From contig JBHGNT010000005.1 of assembly GCA_043228905.1 (NCBI GenBank), positions 20,274,001 to 20,338,000 of the forward strand: a DNA stretch of 64,000 nucleotides, read 5' to 3'. The position numbers and the translations under genes were made by a program. Position 1 is the stretch's first letter; every line of letters starts with the position of its first letter. Origin of the DNA: Azolla caroliniana. Taxonomy: Eukaryota > Plantae > Polypodiophyta. Below, one piece after another: positions 1-12,241 of this stretch. The notes beneath the pieces were generated by a model that had not been told where the DNA came from, did not search any database, and saw only the letters and a program-made list of their open reading frames with translations.

Positions 1-111
1 GTGCTGAGTTCTTTTACATACGACCAAACTACTTATATTTGTGCTCTGCTATTTGAGATCTAGAAAGAAAGATCTCAAGAATATGTAATAGCGAAGCAAA
101 CATATCGGCAC

Positions 112-222
112 CTGGCGCAAAGGAAAGCCGAGTATATTAGCTGATACCCTTCCCAGTCTATCCCTTGGATGGTGAAATTTGCAAGTGGAGCCAAACTTAC
201 AATCCCCTGTTTTCATGTAGTA
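112..222 (-). CDS. CCCH zinc-finger gene, coding exon 4 (finger 2); gene continues beyond the window start
   Basis: AG/GT bounded, 111 nt: [37 protein letters not shown]. Confidence 0.92.
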
Positions 223-328
223 CTGTCATGGAACAAGAGATAATGAGTATAATGCATACGTAAAAATACATGGATTTCAACTAGTAATAGAAACTGAGAA
301 ATATTCATGAACATTAGCTATTCCATAC

Positions 329-394
329 CGGACATTCCGGCTGTCCAACACGCTCGGGATATTCTCCTTTACTGCTTCCTATATATGTTCCAGC
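329..394 (-). CDS. CCCH zinc-finger gene, coding exon 3
   Basis: AG/GT bounded, 66 nt, in frame: AGTYIGSSKGEYPERVGQPECP. Confidence 0.9.
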
Positions 395-887
395 CTGTTT
401 ATGGATAATCAGTAGTAAAATTACGTTCTAGTTGTGTTCATTTCGAAAAAAATCTGTTCAAGAAGTAAAAGTAATAATGTATCTGACAATGTTTACAAGG
501 TTGCCCCAAGGTTGCCCCTAAGAAGTTTAGAAAAGTTGGCTTTTCTTGCCATTCACTCCATACTTCTTTTGGATAATTTCTTTTGCATGACCCCCTAATT
601 AGTATAGAAAATAAGGAAAATCAGGCCTAATTGTTCAGAATATGGACAATGGTGACTGCCTCATTACCCTGACGAATGGAAGCCCAATTTGAAACAGCAA
701 AATTTAAGAATAACCTGCAATTAGGCTGCAAACGTTTTCGAGATAGTAGTGAATAACCAACCTGTCACACTTTAGGGGCAACCCTGACATATTGTCTCAC
801 AGCTTACTGTCTCTCCCAAACTAATGCAATATGATATATGGCTTCGTAATGTATCATGCTCTGATTCAATGATGAATTAAGAAGTAC

Positions 888-1057
888 CAGTTTTCGATTG
901 GATGGATGATTAAATTTGCAGTCCATAGCATAAGCACACTGCCCTGTTCGAATGTAGTAAAGACAATCAGGCTCATTAGGACGTTCTGGAAAGCATCGTT
1001 GGATAGCTGTATCTGGATCTTGCACTGATTGACCCATCATGTGTTGCCACATCGATT
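888..1057 (-). CDS. CCCH zinc-finger gene, coding exon 2 (finger 1)
   Basis: AG at 1059-1058, GT at 887-886. Encodes FPERPNEPDCLYYIRTGQCAYAMDCKFNHP (C-x8-C-x5-C-x3-H). Confidence 0.92.
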
Positions 1058-1471
1058 CTGGAAGACAAAGTATTGTCGAAATTTTTTTAGTTCTTCTCCA
1101 AAATGTGATTTTCAACATAATTGTGATTCCTTTTTATTTAATCAATGTGTCATTTATTAACCTTTAATGGTATTCTTGCTAGTCAAGGCAATCTTCCTGA
1201 AGGAATAAATTTTCATACACGGGCATGTACAAACAATGGCCAATAATATTAGCGATGAAATTTCATGGTGATTAAGTACTTCGGAAATATGAGGAATTGG
1301 GATGATAACGATGGCCAACACTAGCCACGAAATTTCACAATCATTAGTTAGTTGAGCAGTATGCTATATTGAGATGAAACAAAGTACTGATCAGCTCAGA
1401 TCTATGCCTTTCTCAGCATAAGAATGGAGCAAGGCAACAAGATGAGCAATCTCTCTCCTTCACATAAATAC

Positions 1472-1649
1472 CTTCAAGGTTGGGGTATGCGACGGATGAA
1501 CCATAGCCTGGAGAGATCCCTAATGTAGCTCTCTGCTGCTGCTGCGACAAGGGCGAGGTCTGCAGTAAATGCAGATTCTCAAGACTCGGCCGTGTGAAAG
1601 TGGGCTTATTAAGGGAGATTCGGTAGTTCCGAGAAGCGAACTGTTCCAT
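1472..1649 (-). CDS. Tandem CCCH zinc-finger protein (plant ZFN/HUA1-like C3H family), first coding exon
   Basis: ATG at 1649 (MEQFASRN...YPNLE). GT donor at 1471-1470. Phase 1 joins exon 2 to give E-ESMWQ. Pyrimidine tract and AG acceptor at 1679-1678 suggest an upstream 5'UTR intron. Confidence 0.75.
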
Positions 1650-1713
1650 GGGTCATACCATTTGTTAGCTATAATGCCTAAATAGAAAGCAGGGAAGAGG
1701 AAGAACTAGCAAA

Positions 1714-1821
1714 TTAGGGTTTAAGGGAGATACAAAAAACGAAGAAATACAAAACGAGAGCGTCGAAATAGATCAGAATACAGGTGGGAGAAGGCAGGGG
1801 AGTTAAACAAATTTAGGGTTT
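1714..1821 (-). promoter_or_regulatory. Two telo-boxes (AAACCCTAA) in the 5' leader region
   Basis: TTAGGGTTT at 1714-1722 and 1813-1821. Confidence 0.5.
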
Positions 1822-1937
1822 CGAAATACAGGCGAGAGAACGGAAAGACAGAAATACTTTGGGCTTTAGATATAAGAGCAGAGAGAAGAGGAGAGAGATA
1901 AAAGATCAGAGTGAAGAAGAGATGGAAGAGGAGAAGA

Positions 1938-1955
1938 ATCGATCGATCGATCGAT

Positions 1956-1998
<43 letters not shown>
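1938..1998. repeat. (ATCG)n followed by (GA)n microsatellite near the likely TSS
   Basis: Read directly; a CT-rich leader on the gene strand. Confidence 0.9.
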
Positions 1999-2001
<3 letters not shown>

Positions 2002-2045
2002 TCAGAACAGAGCAGAGCGACACAGACAGACAGAGACAGAGTCTC

Positions 2046-2150
2046 GCCACGTGGCATTCCACGTCAGCAAGAGCGGGCACGAATGGTAGGGCCACGTGGC
2101 AGGACACGTGGGATGGCCCTGCCACGTGGCGTGTGGACCTTCTACGTGGC
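2046..2150. promoter_or_regulatory. Cluster of six ACGT-core G-box/ABRE elements upstream of the CCCH gene
   Basis: GCCACGTGGC at 2046, 2091 and 2121; CCACGTCA at 2059; GACACGTGG at 2103; TACGTGGC at 2143. Confidence 0.75.
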
Positions 2151-2264
2151 ATCAGGCCCTTCCCCCCCCCCCGAGCCGACGATCAGGTCGCCGGCTCTTT
2201 TTCTGTCCGGGCCAAGAAACCCCCGTGACCACGCTCTCCGGCCGCCACTCGGTGAAATCGCGCT

Positions 2265-2343
2265 TCCTGGTTTTAGTAGGTCGAGATGTGGTCCTCTTCT
2301 GTCCTGGCTTTAGTAGGCCGAGATGTGGTCCTCTTCTGTCCTG
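2265..2343. repeat. 37-bp tandem duplication
   Basis: TCCTGGYTTTAGTAGGYCGAGATGTGGTCCTCTTCTG occurs twice. Confidence 0.85.
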
Positions 2344-3100
2344 AGCAAGAGATGCTCGGAGAACGATCTTGTGTGCCCAATTCCGTTCACTCGTTGGTTT
2401 GCTTGACTCGATCTGTAGAATTGAACTCCCCACCAAGGCGCACGCGGGTTGCACGTGTTCTTCCGAATGCCTGGCCATTGGCACTTACTACCGAATCGAG
2501 CTGAAAAAGGTCAAAAGGCTCTCCCAACTCCAGTTCCGAAACCAAATCACTCAAGTGTTTTAGAGTACATACATATATGAATAATTGAGGCTCTACAAAG
2601 AGAGTAGACATCCTAGTAGTATCCGGATTCCACATATAACAATATATCATGCAATTTGTGGTTTGTGGTTTGTCTCTTCTCCTCCAAGCTTGTTGACTTA
2701 TAAATAGAGTTAGAACTTAGAAGTATTCCAAATCGGTAATTTCTCTAAAATTCGTCAGACCATAACTAAATCACATGGTTAAATTCTATTGAATGTGATT
2801 TAACTTACAACTCAAACTTCGACTAAGGGTTGCTTGAGCGTATTGTCCTTTCAATTGACGCATATAATCTTTTCCTAAAAGCAAGGTGTAGAGAATAATA
2901 TCGTCCATCCAATCCACATGAAAAGTATTCAAACTTTAAGAATAATCTCTATCTTGGCCCCTCTACCATGCACATGCAATGCATCTTGAGAATATCACAA
3001 ATAGTAGCTCCCAAACTTGTGATGGAAGTCATTGTTCTCCAATAACCTTTTGCCATGTCCCAATAGCTTCTGAAATAATATATATACAATAATACATATC

Positions 3101-3132
<32 letters not shown>

Positions 3133-6100
3133 TATATATATTGAAGTTCATATATGTAGCTATTATGGTTTGCAAAGCAATATGACTTTCGTTGTTGTAC
3201 AACGTTTATTGTTTTTTTTGTATGTGATAAATCCCCACAACGGAAAATAATGCATGCAATGCGGTATGCATTTTAGTATACAAGCAATTCACATAAAAGT
3301 ATAGCCTTCAAGATGAAAATATTCCTTATATGGTCGGTAACTTGCTATTCCATATAAAATCTTGATTCATCATATCGATACAATCACTACATGTAAACTA
3401 CTCCCATTGTCTATACTTTAGGATCAACCTTGGAACTGTAACACGTTTGTAGGTAAATTACTATCACATGCCTTTTACTCGGGATGAAAAGTATGCATTG
3501 GCCTATATTATTTTAAAATTACAAATGCAGTCACACATTGATGTAACCTTTGGGTTTGTAGGAAGTTTGGTCACGCTTTTAGGTCCTAGATAACAAATGT
3601 CATAAATTTGTTTGCATGATCAAATTTCATGTCTTGAAGTTCCTCTCATACCAAGTTGACACACATAAAGATGCGACATTTTCTATTCAAAGTAACAAAC
3701 AAAGCACGTGCTATTAGATTCCCCAACTGAACACATCAAATAAATCACTGATGCAACAACAACATTTTGGGGATCGGGGACGTTTAAAACGCTAGAAGTT
3801 GTATAGATTGTTCCTTTATTTTCTAGTTCTCATATTCAATATGCAAGGATTATTTGGGAAAAAGTAAAGTGAAGTTTATACGTGTATATATATATGTATA
3901 TGTATACAATATATTATTTGCTTTGTATTTAGAATACACAAACCCCACCACCTAACTTGTTGAATGGTGTATCATGGTTGGTCCATGACACCATACATCA
4001 TATTTTATTTTTACCCAAAAACCAGATGCTACTTGATGCATTTGACAGAAAATCTTGTTGGATGTTGTTATATTAATTAGTTTTTATATAAATATGACTG
4101 TGTTGGTTTCTTTGCTTGTTTTTGTAGAGATAATGCAAACCTTTCGTGAATATCAATAAAAAAAACATATGATCAAATGTAATGCGAATTGGGAATACAT
4201 GTCCTCTATTTTAATATTTGTTCGTTCATGCATTATGTTCGGTCAATTACAACTTGGAAATGTTGAAGAAAAGCATGACAAAACACTAAAACTTCTTATT
4301 TGAATTGGCGTCGCAAATCCAAGCACACATTTTTCTTTTCCATGGGATCAAAACCATTAAACTATAATGTCTAAGGCAAGATCTCTACATCTCTATGCAC
4401 ACATTACATGTATAGGCTCACCCTAATTAAATTACTATATTGTCGTTTAGAAGGTAAACAAACATTAGTTAAAGGATCAGATACCATGATTGTCTTTTAA
4501 ACTATCAAACTATCAAGGAATCAATCATTACCAAACAATGTGTACACTATGGTGAATAGTTGCATAGAGTTTATGAAATTTGAAACATATTTAGGGGTAT
4601 TTTAACAATTGTTTCACGTACTATTGACCCAATCTTACTTTGAACCGACAAAAAAAAACTAATAATATATAGCATCGAGCTACATTCTTATTAGAGATAA
4701 AGTCGCATGTTTCATAATATTCGCATAAAAGTGGACGTAACATGTATGTCTTGCCCTATTAACATTTACGTTACACACATTAAGTTGATTAGAATATATG
4801 GGATTCAATTGTGATGAAATCATTGATGATATATAGTTAACGTGTTTATAATGAATAGTTAAAACATGTTGTTTAATCCATAAAAATCTTAGAGCATAGC
4901 AATAGAGAATCAAAATTGTGTTTAAACAAAGTTTCTATTTTAAAGTTTTAATAAAACCAATTTGATGATTTGGTGTGTGCGGGGCTTTGAGCTAACATGC
5001 GTACTTTGAGACTTGAGTTTTTTAAGTTTTTAACACATAACTCAATTCTGTTTGAGGGAGTCATTTTGAAAACAGAAAACAATAGAGAAGAGCTCTTCCT
5101 TGTTATTATATCCCGTCAATGTGGGATTTGTTAATTTTTCTTCTCCAACACAACTTTACAATTTGCACATGTGGCTGGGTTAGCCACAATGCACATCATG
5201 TGTTAGAAGTATAACACTATACTTGAATAAACATACCACCTAGAGGGAAGTTTGCCCTTATGAAGCAACTCATGTCAAGATCATACTAATACTCTAAAGC
5301 TATTCTGTTTTTGTCGTCTATGTCCATACTTGACAATGAGATGTCTACTAGTGCATGCGGCATATATAGATAGATAGATAAATAGTGGAGGGACCAATAT
5401 TGAGCCATGGGACTTGAGTATACAAATTTTCTTAATGCGTGTCTCCTTCGTAATAAGGGATACTGAATATTCAAACTTCAACACACAAAGTCTCAAATGA
5501 GGCATACACATATGAACTCAACCCTCTAGGTAGTCTCTTAAGTACAACATTCAAGTTATCGCCCCCTCTTAATATGTCATAATAGATTTAATGAGTTGCA
5601 CTATATGTTGAGCATGTAAAAAGCAAGCAATACTTATCATCTACAATGCCTTCATCACATACCTTGCATGCCTTTATATTTGACGCATTTTGATGCCATA
5701 ATGCAACTTCAATACCTAGCTTGTGTGATCAAGTGCGAAATAGAGTGATGGAATAACCCTTAAAGAGGCAAGGGACGGTTGACCAATAGAAGTGTGAACA
5801 CATGGCAATACAATAGAAAGATATTCATGAGAGTCTATATTGCATGTACCAATAAGGACAAACATTGGAGGTAGATCGAAGGCTAACCATGCAATTTTCA
5901 AGTGTTCTAGCATAGAAGAAAAGGCACAGGAACTCACAAGTGGCATGCGTTGATCTCCATCACATCATAAAAAATCCTACAATTAAATGAGATTCAAGGA
6001 AGCCTTGAGCCGATTCAAAGACCCTACAACTAAGAGAGACTCAAGGAAGCCTTGAGAGAGGAATATAGGATGCACCAAATGCATGTTACGTTATGCTTAG

Positions 6101-6193
6101 AATAGGGCATGTACAAAGGAGAAGAACTCTTGTTGTAATCTATATAACTCTAATAAGGATCATAGAGATTGTCGTAGTAAAGATTACTTTGTG

Positions 6194-6195
<2 letters not shown>

Positions 6196-6247
<52 letters not shown>
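6196..6247. repeat. (TG)n microsatellite
   Basis: Read directly. Confidence 0.95.
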
Positions 6248-6249
<2 letters not shown>

Positions 6250-6680
6250 GCATATTATATATTGCATGTGTGGGCATATCCTTTTTGGGAGCTCCTTACA
6301 TCATAGTTAGAGTATGGTATGACCCAAGGCGGTGAATGCTTGTTGTAATATCTATAACATTGATGAATTCTAACAAGGATGATAGTGAATGTTGTGGTAA
6401 AGTTTACTTTATGGATTGAGAGAAATGATGAGGTGATAGTTGAGGCATAGAGTTGTTTGCTTCACAATTCCACATATGCGTGTCTTAGCTAGATAGAGGG
6501 ATGCCCTATGTATCTGGGAGACATCCTCTTGGGGAGCTCTATTGATGTGCTTGTTAAAATAGATGGATATTTTTTTTATTGACTTTGAAAGTCAAATACA
6601 ACCTATTGGACTGAAAGTGAAACATTTTCACATACTATGTGCATAATTTAGTAATGACTCTAAATGCCCAATAGTGCACA

Positions 6681-7361
6681 TTGTAATTCAAAGTGCACAT
6701 TGGAACTAGGTACATATTTGGATTTACTTGGCTATGTTGCCTATGGTTTATATGGTGCTCAAGACACGCCCCCTACTTATGTTGATGTGGTCTCTTCTTG
6801 TTTTAAGAAGGGGTTGTGGCATGGCCCCATGATGCAACTTTAGCCAAAATGTGTTAAACAACTGAGCCTCTGTTCAAATGTTGATCATGTCAAATTTGGT
6901 AGATGCACATGTATGAATGAACATCATAATTCAGAGTGTACATCGGGACTAGGTACATATTTGGACTTCCTTAGCTATGTTGGCTATGCTTTAGGTGGCG
7001 CTTGAAAGGCAACCCCTTATTATCTTGATCTGGTGTATTCTTGTTACAAGACAAGGTTTTTGGCAACTTTAGCTAAAAGGCATTAACCAACCGATCTTTG
7101 ACTCAAATGTTGATCATGTCAATTTGGTAGATGCACATTAACGAAATTTGTAATTCAGAATGCACATTGGGACTAGGTACATATTTGGACTTACTTGGCT
7201 ATGTTATTTATGGTTTAGGTGATGCTCAAAAGGAAACCCCAACTTACCTTGCTATGGTCTCTTGTTGTTGTCCGCATGCTTCTGTGGTATGACTTTAGCC
7301 AAAAGGTTTTAACCAACTGAGCCTCAATCCAAATGTTGATCATGCCAATTTGTTAGATGCC
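6681..7361. repeat. Three diverged tandem copies of a ~225-245 bp unit
   Basis: TAATTCA-AGTGCACATTGG-ACTAGGTACATATTTGGA...AAATGTTGATCATG recurs near 6681, 6925 and 7148. Confidence 0.85.
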
Positions 7362-7559
7362 TATCTATACATATCACGTAGTCCATCAAAGGTATAACTT
7401 GCCCAACATGAGATCAAACATTGTCTAGAACACTAGGGTAGATGTTCCCTGACAGAATTGGACTTGAAATGTTTGTAGTAGCGACATACTAACACTCTCT
7501 ATCACTATTGAAGATTCTCTAATCACAACATACTTTTGGGTCATTGTTCATGAAGTTGT

Positions 7560-8040
7560 AGTAGGTTGTATCATTTATTCTCTGTCCAACCACTCTACCA
7601 CTTGAATATGTAGGTTTGGTGTGTGATCTTCAATTTGTGTGACAATCCCCAACCCAAACACTTGATGGAATGGTATGTCATATTGTAGCTTATTTAATAC
7701 ACTTAAGAGCATGGACGTAAGCATTCAATTCCAATTCATCCAATGCTTACCAATAATCTTCTTTAGAATGTCTTTTAGAGATTTCTTAGTCTATTCTACC
7801 AAGATATTCACTTGCAAATAATGAGTCCTATTTTCTGATGTACCAATGTGTATTGTGTGGTGAAAACATCAATAATCTGCTTGTTTGAATGACCACCTTC
7901 ATTGCTAACCAACTTGACGGGCCACCCACAATAAGAAGAAATATTTTTGTGCAAAATATGGGCCAAGGATTCGACTATTTGACCTAGAGCACCTTCGTTT
8001 TCACCCACTTTGTGCAATAATTGGTTTATGTCCACATTAA
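7560..8040 (-). pseudogene. Highly decayed non-chromovirus gypsy (Athila/Tat-like) integrase core relic
   Basis: ILHKNISSYCGWPVKLVSNEGGHSNKQIIDVFTTQYTLVHQK resembles the FG-P-ELVSD-G-HF region. Downstream frames give KSLKDILKKII and PFHQVFGLGIV. Confidence 0.55.
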
Positions 8041-8201
8041 TGAACTTGTTGCTTGATTTTCACCCACAATAAGAAGAAATATTTTTGTGCAAAATATGGG
8101 CCAAGGATTCGACTATTTGACCTAGAGCACCTTTGTTTTCACCCACTTTGTGCAATAATTGGTTTATGTCCACATTAATGAACTTGTTGCTTGATTTTCA
8201 C
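7923..8201. repeat. 138-bp near-perfect tandem duplication
   Basis: CACCCACAATAAGAAG... starts at 7923 and again at 8061. Confidence 0.9.
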
Positions 8202-9021
8202 TTAATTCATAAGCATCTTTGAGTTATTTTGGCTCAATTTATTATGCATGCAAAAAAAACAAAATAGATCTTCATAAGTTTTTCAGTGGTGTTGTGATGT
8301 GGCGGGCCTTAAGGTAATAAATGGATAAAAAGGGGGTTCAACCACAACTACAAAAACATATGTATATATATGAAAATATATTATATATAATAACTATAGG
8401 GCCATTGACTATATACAAGAGGCGCAGATTCGAATCTCTACTAGTGCATATTTCCTAAAAGCATTAAATGCCAAAAACAGGTGCCTCTTTCTCTATAAAA
8501 AGTGGGGAAGAGTGCTTATTTCAACTCACTCATTACGGGTTTCGAGAGTGCACCATTAGGGTTTCGTGAGGTCTTTCTTTTCCTTCTTCTTCTTCTCAAC
8601 ATACATTGAGAGTTAGAGTTTATTTTTCCTCATCTTCATGAGAATTTAGGAAAGAAAGGGTTTGGTTAATTTGCCGGCCATTTGTTGAAGTGAGCACAAA
8701 GTGGCCCAAGAACACCACGGTGTCGTTGCTATCAATATTAGTCATAGTCTCGGTGGTTCACTTCACTCACTCTCGTTGGATGCTCAACCATTTCCCCATA
8801 TTTTCGTTCTTACTCGAGTCTAATGGTATTCTTGTAACTCCCACCATTGTACTTATTCACTTCGTTTATTTTGTATTCCCAACTTTATAAAGGGAATTCT
8901 AGCGTAAACTGTGTCTACTTCTTAATATGAGGGCATCATAGTCTTAATATCGTGTATTAAGCATAATCTTGTGTGTTAACCGCTCCTAAACCTTCATGGA
9001 AGAGAGAAGGCAAGTCATGGA

Positions 9022-9185
9022 GGAACGTTCACCTCCTTGGAACGTTTGCATCCTAGGAGTGTTTGCGTCCTTGAAACAATCACATCTTAGGAACGCTCAC
9101 ATCCTTGGAGTGTTCACCTCCTAGGAGCATTCAGGTTCTCTAAGTATTTGCATCCTTGAAATGTTCTTGTCCTTCAAGCGTTCTC
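9022..9185. repeat. Degenerate ~17-bp minisatellite
   Basis: Units resembling GGAACGTTCACCTCCTT / GGAGTGTTTGCGTCCTT in tandem. Confidence 0.7.
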
Positions 9186-9440
9186 TTGGCGTCAATGTTT
9201 GGGCACCAATTATATAAAAGCGTGAATTCACACATGGAGATCTATAAGGCAGTTTGAAGATTTTTTCCACACAACATCGCGTCATCCTTCTTTAGGTCCC
9301 TGTTGGTCCTCCTCGAGTAGCACACTCATGCACATTTTACGCAACATCTTTGGTTACCTGAACACGAAAGTGCACTAGGGGAGGATGACGATAATCTGTA
9401 TGCAAGATTTTGCAATGATGGTGTCAAGGATGATGATGGG

Positions 9441-9853
9441 TGTTGAGAATCAAACTCAAATTTGTCTAGTGTGTGGACACACCCTAAGAATATGTAATGT
9501 GTGTGAACACACCACGATCACTCTACAACATAACTAATGTGTCATAAGATTTACATTCTATGACACATCGTCATTGAGTTAGTTAAGAGGTTCACTTCCC
9601 AAGATCCTAAAGAGAGAGTGGGCGTTATAGTGAGAGAATGTAGAGTGTGTGTGTGTGTGTGACTTTACATATAAAGCACTCTCCTTCCTCCTTTGTAATT
9701 GTTGTTGGTTATTCTTATTTCCTTTGTGAATATACATTTGAGTGTTCTGTCTCCTATCTATCTATCTCATGTCTCTCTTCTCACATACATACACATTGCA
9801 CACATTCCGTTGAACATAATTACACACACAATTATTTATATGATATCAAAGAG
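9441..9853 (+). mobile_element. Old copia LTR with decayed PBS; related to the LTR at 19882
   Basis: Starts TGTTGAGAATCAAACTCAA, versus TGTTGAGAATCAAGCTCAA at 19882. Followed by PBS-like TGATATCAAAG at 9841. Confidence 0.6.
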
Positions 9854-9913
9854 AGTTGGTAGCTCAATCTAGCCCATCCGCTTGTGTTGTGTCCTACGTC
9901 GGCGTTCAAGAAA

Positions 9914-10212
9914 TGTTGGGAAACCGGTCCCTCCGGATGGGGATCGGAGAAGCCAGAGAAGAATGAATTGGATTGGAGCGTCTGGAAGGATATCCGGAAA
10001 CCGGATCGGATGGACTCGGAAGGGGTTCGACTACATCCGGTATGAACCTGGAAGGGGTTCGACTAGATCTAGTATGAACTGGAAGAGAGAGACGGATATG
10101 CAAATATGTTTCTTAGGGGCCGTTGAGGCCACATTTGTAAATAGCCCGTAAGTTATATTAGTATAAATATAACTAGAGCAAATGTGTGTATGTTGTTGTT
10201 GTATTATTATCG

Positions 10213-10304
<92 letters not shown>

Positions 10305-10628
10305 TTATGTTGTAACCGCCGGTAGGCAAAGATACAGCTAGAGGTCGTTGCCTCTAAGTCTCCCATTGTATCCTTCCTCCCTCATAGTGATAGTTGGAGT
10401 ATGTGTGCTCCCATAGTTTTTCTCCCAATCAGGGTTTCCACGTAAACATAATGTGTCGTCTCGTTTTGTGTAAGTGCATTAATCTTATTTCTGTTCTGTT
10501 TCTTCCATTGAGTGTTTGACACTCGGTAGTGGCCGAGCACTATTCCGCACAACCTGGTATCAAAGAAAAGTTCTAAACGAGCAACAAAGTAAAGAAAAAT
10601 AAAATGGAAGACTCATTTGGCGGCATGT
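9914..10628 (+). mobile_element. Truncated copia 5' end: LTR, tRNA-Met PBS and gag stub
   Basis: LTR starts TGTTGGGAAACCGGTCCCTCCGGATGGG. PBS TGGTATCAAAG at 10555. ATG at 10604 gives MEDSFGGM, like element F gag MDESFGGM. Confidence 0.75.
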
Positions 10629-12236
10629 ATGGCACCCTCGTTGTCACAATGAAGCAAGAACTCCGTTTGCTTCATCCCCAACTCGCTGAGAAAATTTCTC
10701 ATCCAGATTAGCTCTTTGTCAACCTCTACCGTGGCCATGTACTCTACCTCCATGGTTGACAAGGCCACAAACTTCTATAGTCGTGACTACCACGACACTG
10801 CTCCCCCCTTCATAGGTTATCACGTACCCCGAAGTGGATCGACTTGATTCTACATCCCTTGACATGTTCGAGTCGGTAAACCCTTCGAGTATAGGTTTTC
10901 TAACACCATACTTAAGGCACACACATGAGGTGCCTTTTAAGTACCTCAGTATCCATTTTACTGATGCTTAGTGTTCTCTGTCTGGATTACTCATGTATCG
11001 GCTTACTGCCCCCACAACAAATGCTATGCCTGGTCTCGTACAAACCATAGCATACATTAAATTATTGACGCATGAGGTATACGATACTTTCTTCATCTTA
11101 GCCTTTTCTTTCTCCCCTCTCGGGCATTGCTTTGCATTCAACTTGCAGTTGATCGGTAACACAGAGCTGACTGGCTTTGCCTCTACATTTCTCTTGTGAC
11201 AACCACAACACTTTCTTAGTTCTATCTCGAACAATGTGCATCCCTAAAATCTGCTTTGTCGGTCCAAGATCTTTCATGGCAAACGATTTACCTAATGCTT
11301 TCTTCAAGCTCACGATCTTTTTCGTGTCTTGTTTGACTATCAACATGTCATCCACATATAACAAGAGAATTAAGAAGTCACCTTCATCGTACCTTTTGAC
11401 GAACACACAATGGTCAACCTATGTTTTCTGGAACCAATGTTCCATCATGAAGGATTTGAACTTCTTGTACCATTGGCATGGAGATTGTTTCAACCCATAC
11501 AAGTTTTTCTTCAGTCGACACACCAGATTCTCTTTCCCTTTCTCCACAAAGCCTTTGGGCTGCTGTATGTAGATCTCTTCATCCAACTCCCCATGCAAGA
11601 ATGCCATCTTGACGTCCAATTGTTCGATCTCCAAATTCATGCTCGTAGCAATGCTCAGAATAGTTAGGATGGATGTCATCTTCACGACTGGTGGGAACAT
11701 TTCGTCGAAGTTGAGACCCCATTTCTGTTGGAACCCCTTCACCACAATGCGGGCTTTATATCTGGGTGCACTGTCGACTTCTCTAGTCTTCACCTTGTAA
11801 ACCCATTTATTTCTGAGTGCTCTCTTACCTTTTGGTAGCAAGGAGTCCATCTCATCTTGCATTGCACTCAGCCATTTCTTCTTGTGCTCATTGGCCATGG
11901 CTTCTTCATATCACTAAGGTTCACCTTGATCAGTCAAGAGGATGTATTGACTGACATATTTTGTCGGTGCTCTCCTTTCTCTGAGTGGGTATCTCCTTCC
12001 ACTTGTCATCAGCTCCAGTTCGGATGTCTCTACCCACTCTTCTCTCGGCTCGGGTTTATATGCGTCGATCGGTCATTGAGGGTTTGCCGACTCCAACTCG
12101 TAGTCATCGATCAACTTCAATAAGTCTGTCGACTCCGACTCATCTGTGTTGGTTGGTTGTTCCAAGTCCACCAATTTGGATTCGACTGTGCCGACTGGTT
12201 GTCTCCAAACAACCGATTGTGTCGCTTCATTTGGCC
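10629..12236 (-). pseudogene. pol: Copia RT-RNaseH fragment (possibly pol of element J)
   Basis: KARIVVKGF, QLDVKMAFLHG, YGLKQ, LLLYVDDML, GFTDS...STSGY; stops and frameshifts present. Confidence 0.9.
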
Positions 12237-12241
12237 TTAAG

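Noticed and set aside
804-1118. The 104-aa ORF as a standalone gene
   Set aside because: It is exon 2 of the spliced CCCH gene read through flanking intron sequence.
1721-2228. ORFs rich in ER/SL dipeptides
   Set aside because: Produced by the (GA)n microsatellite and the GC-rich promoter.
5269-5570. Possible minus-strand LTR with a PPT-like AAGAGGGGGC
   Set aside because: No partner LTR, TSD or adjacent coding motifs that I could confirm.
8372-8900. TATA-containing LTR-like segment and a 66-aa hydrophobic ORF
   Set aside because: No defined termini or homolog in the window; the ORF has no recognisable features.
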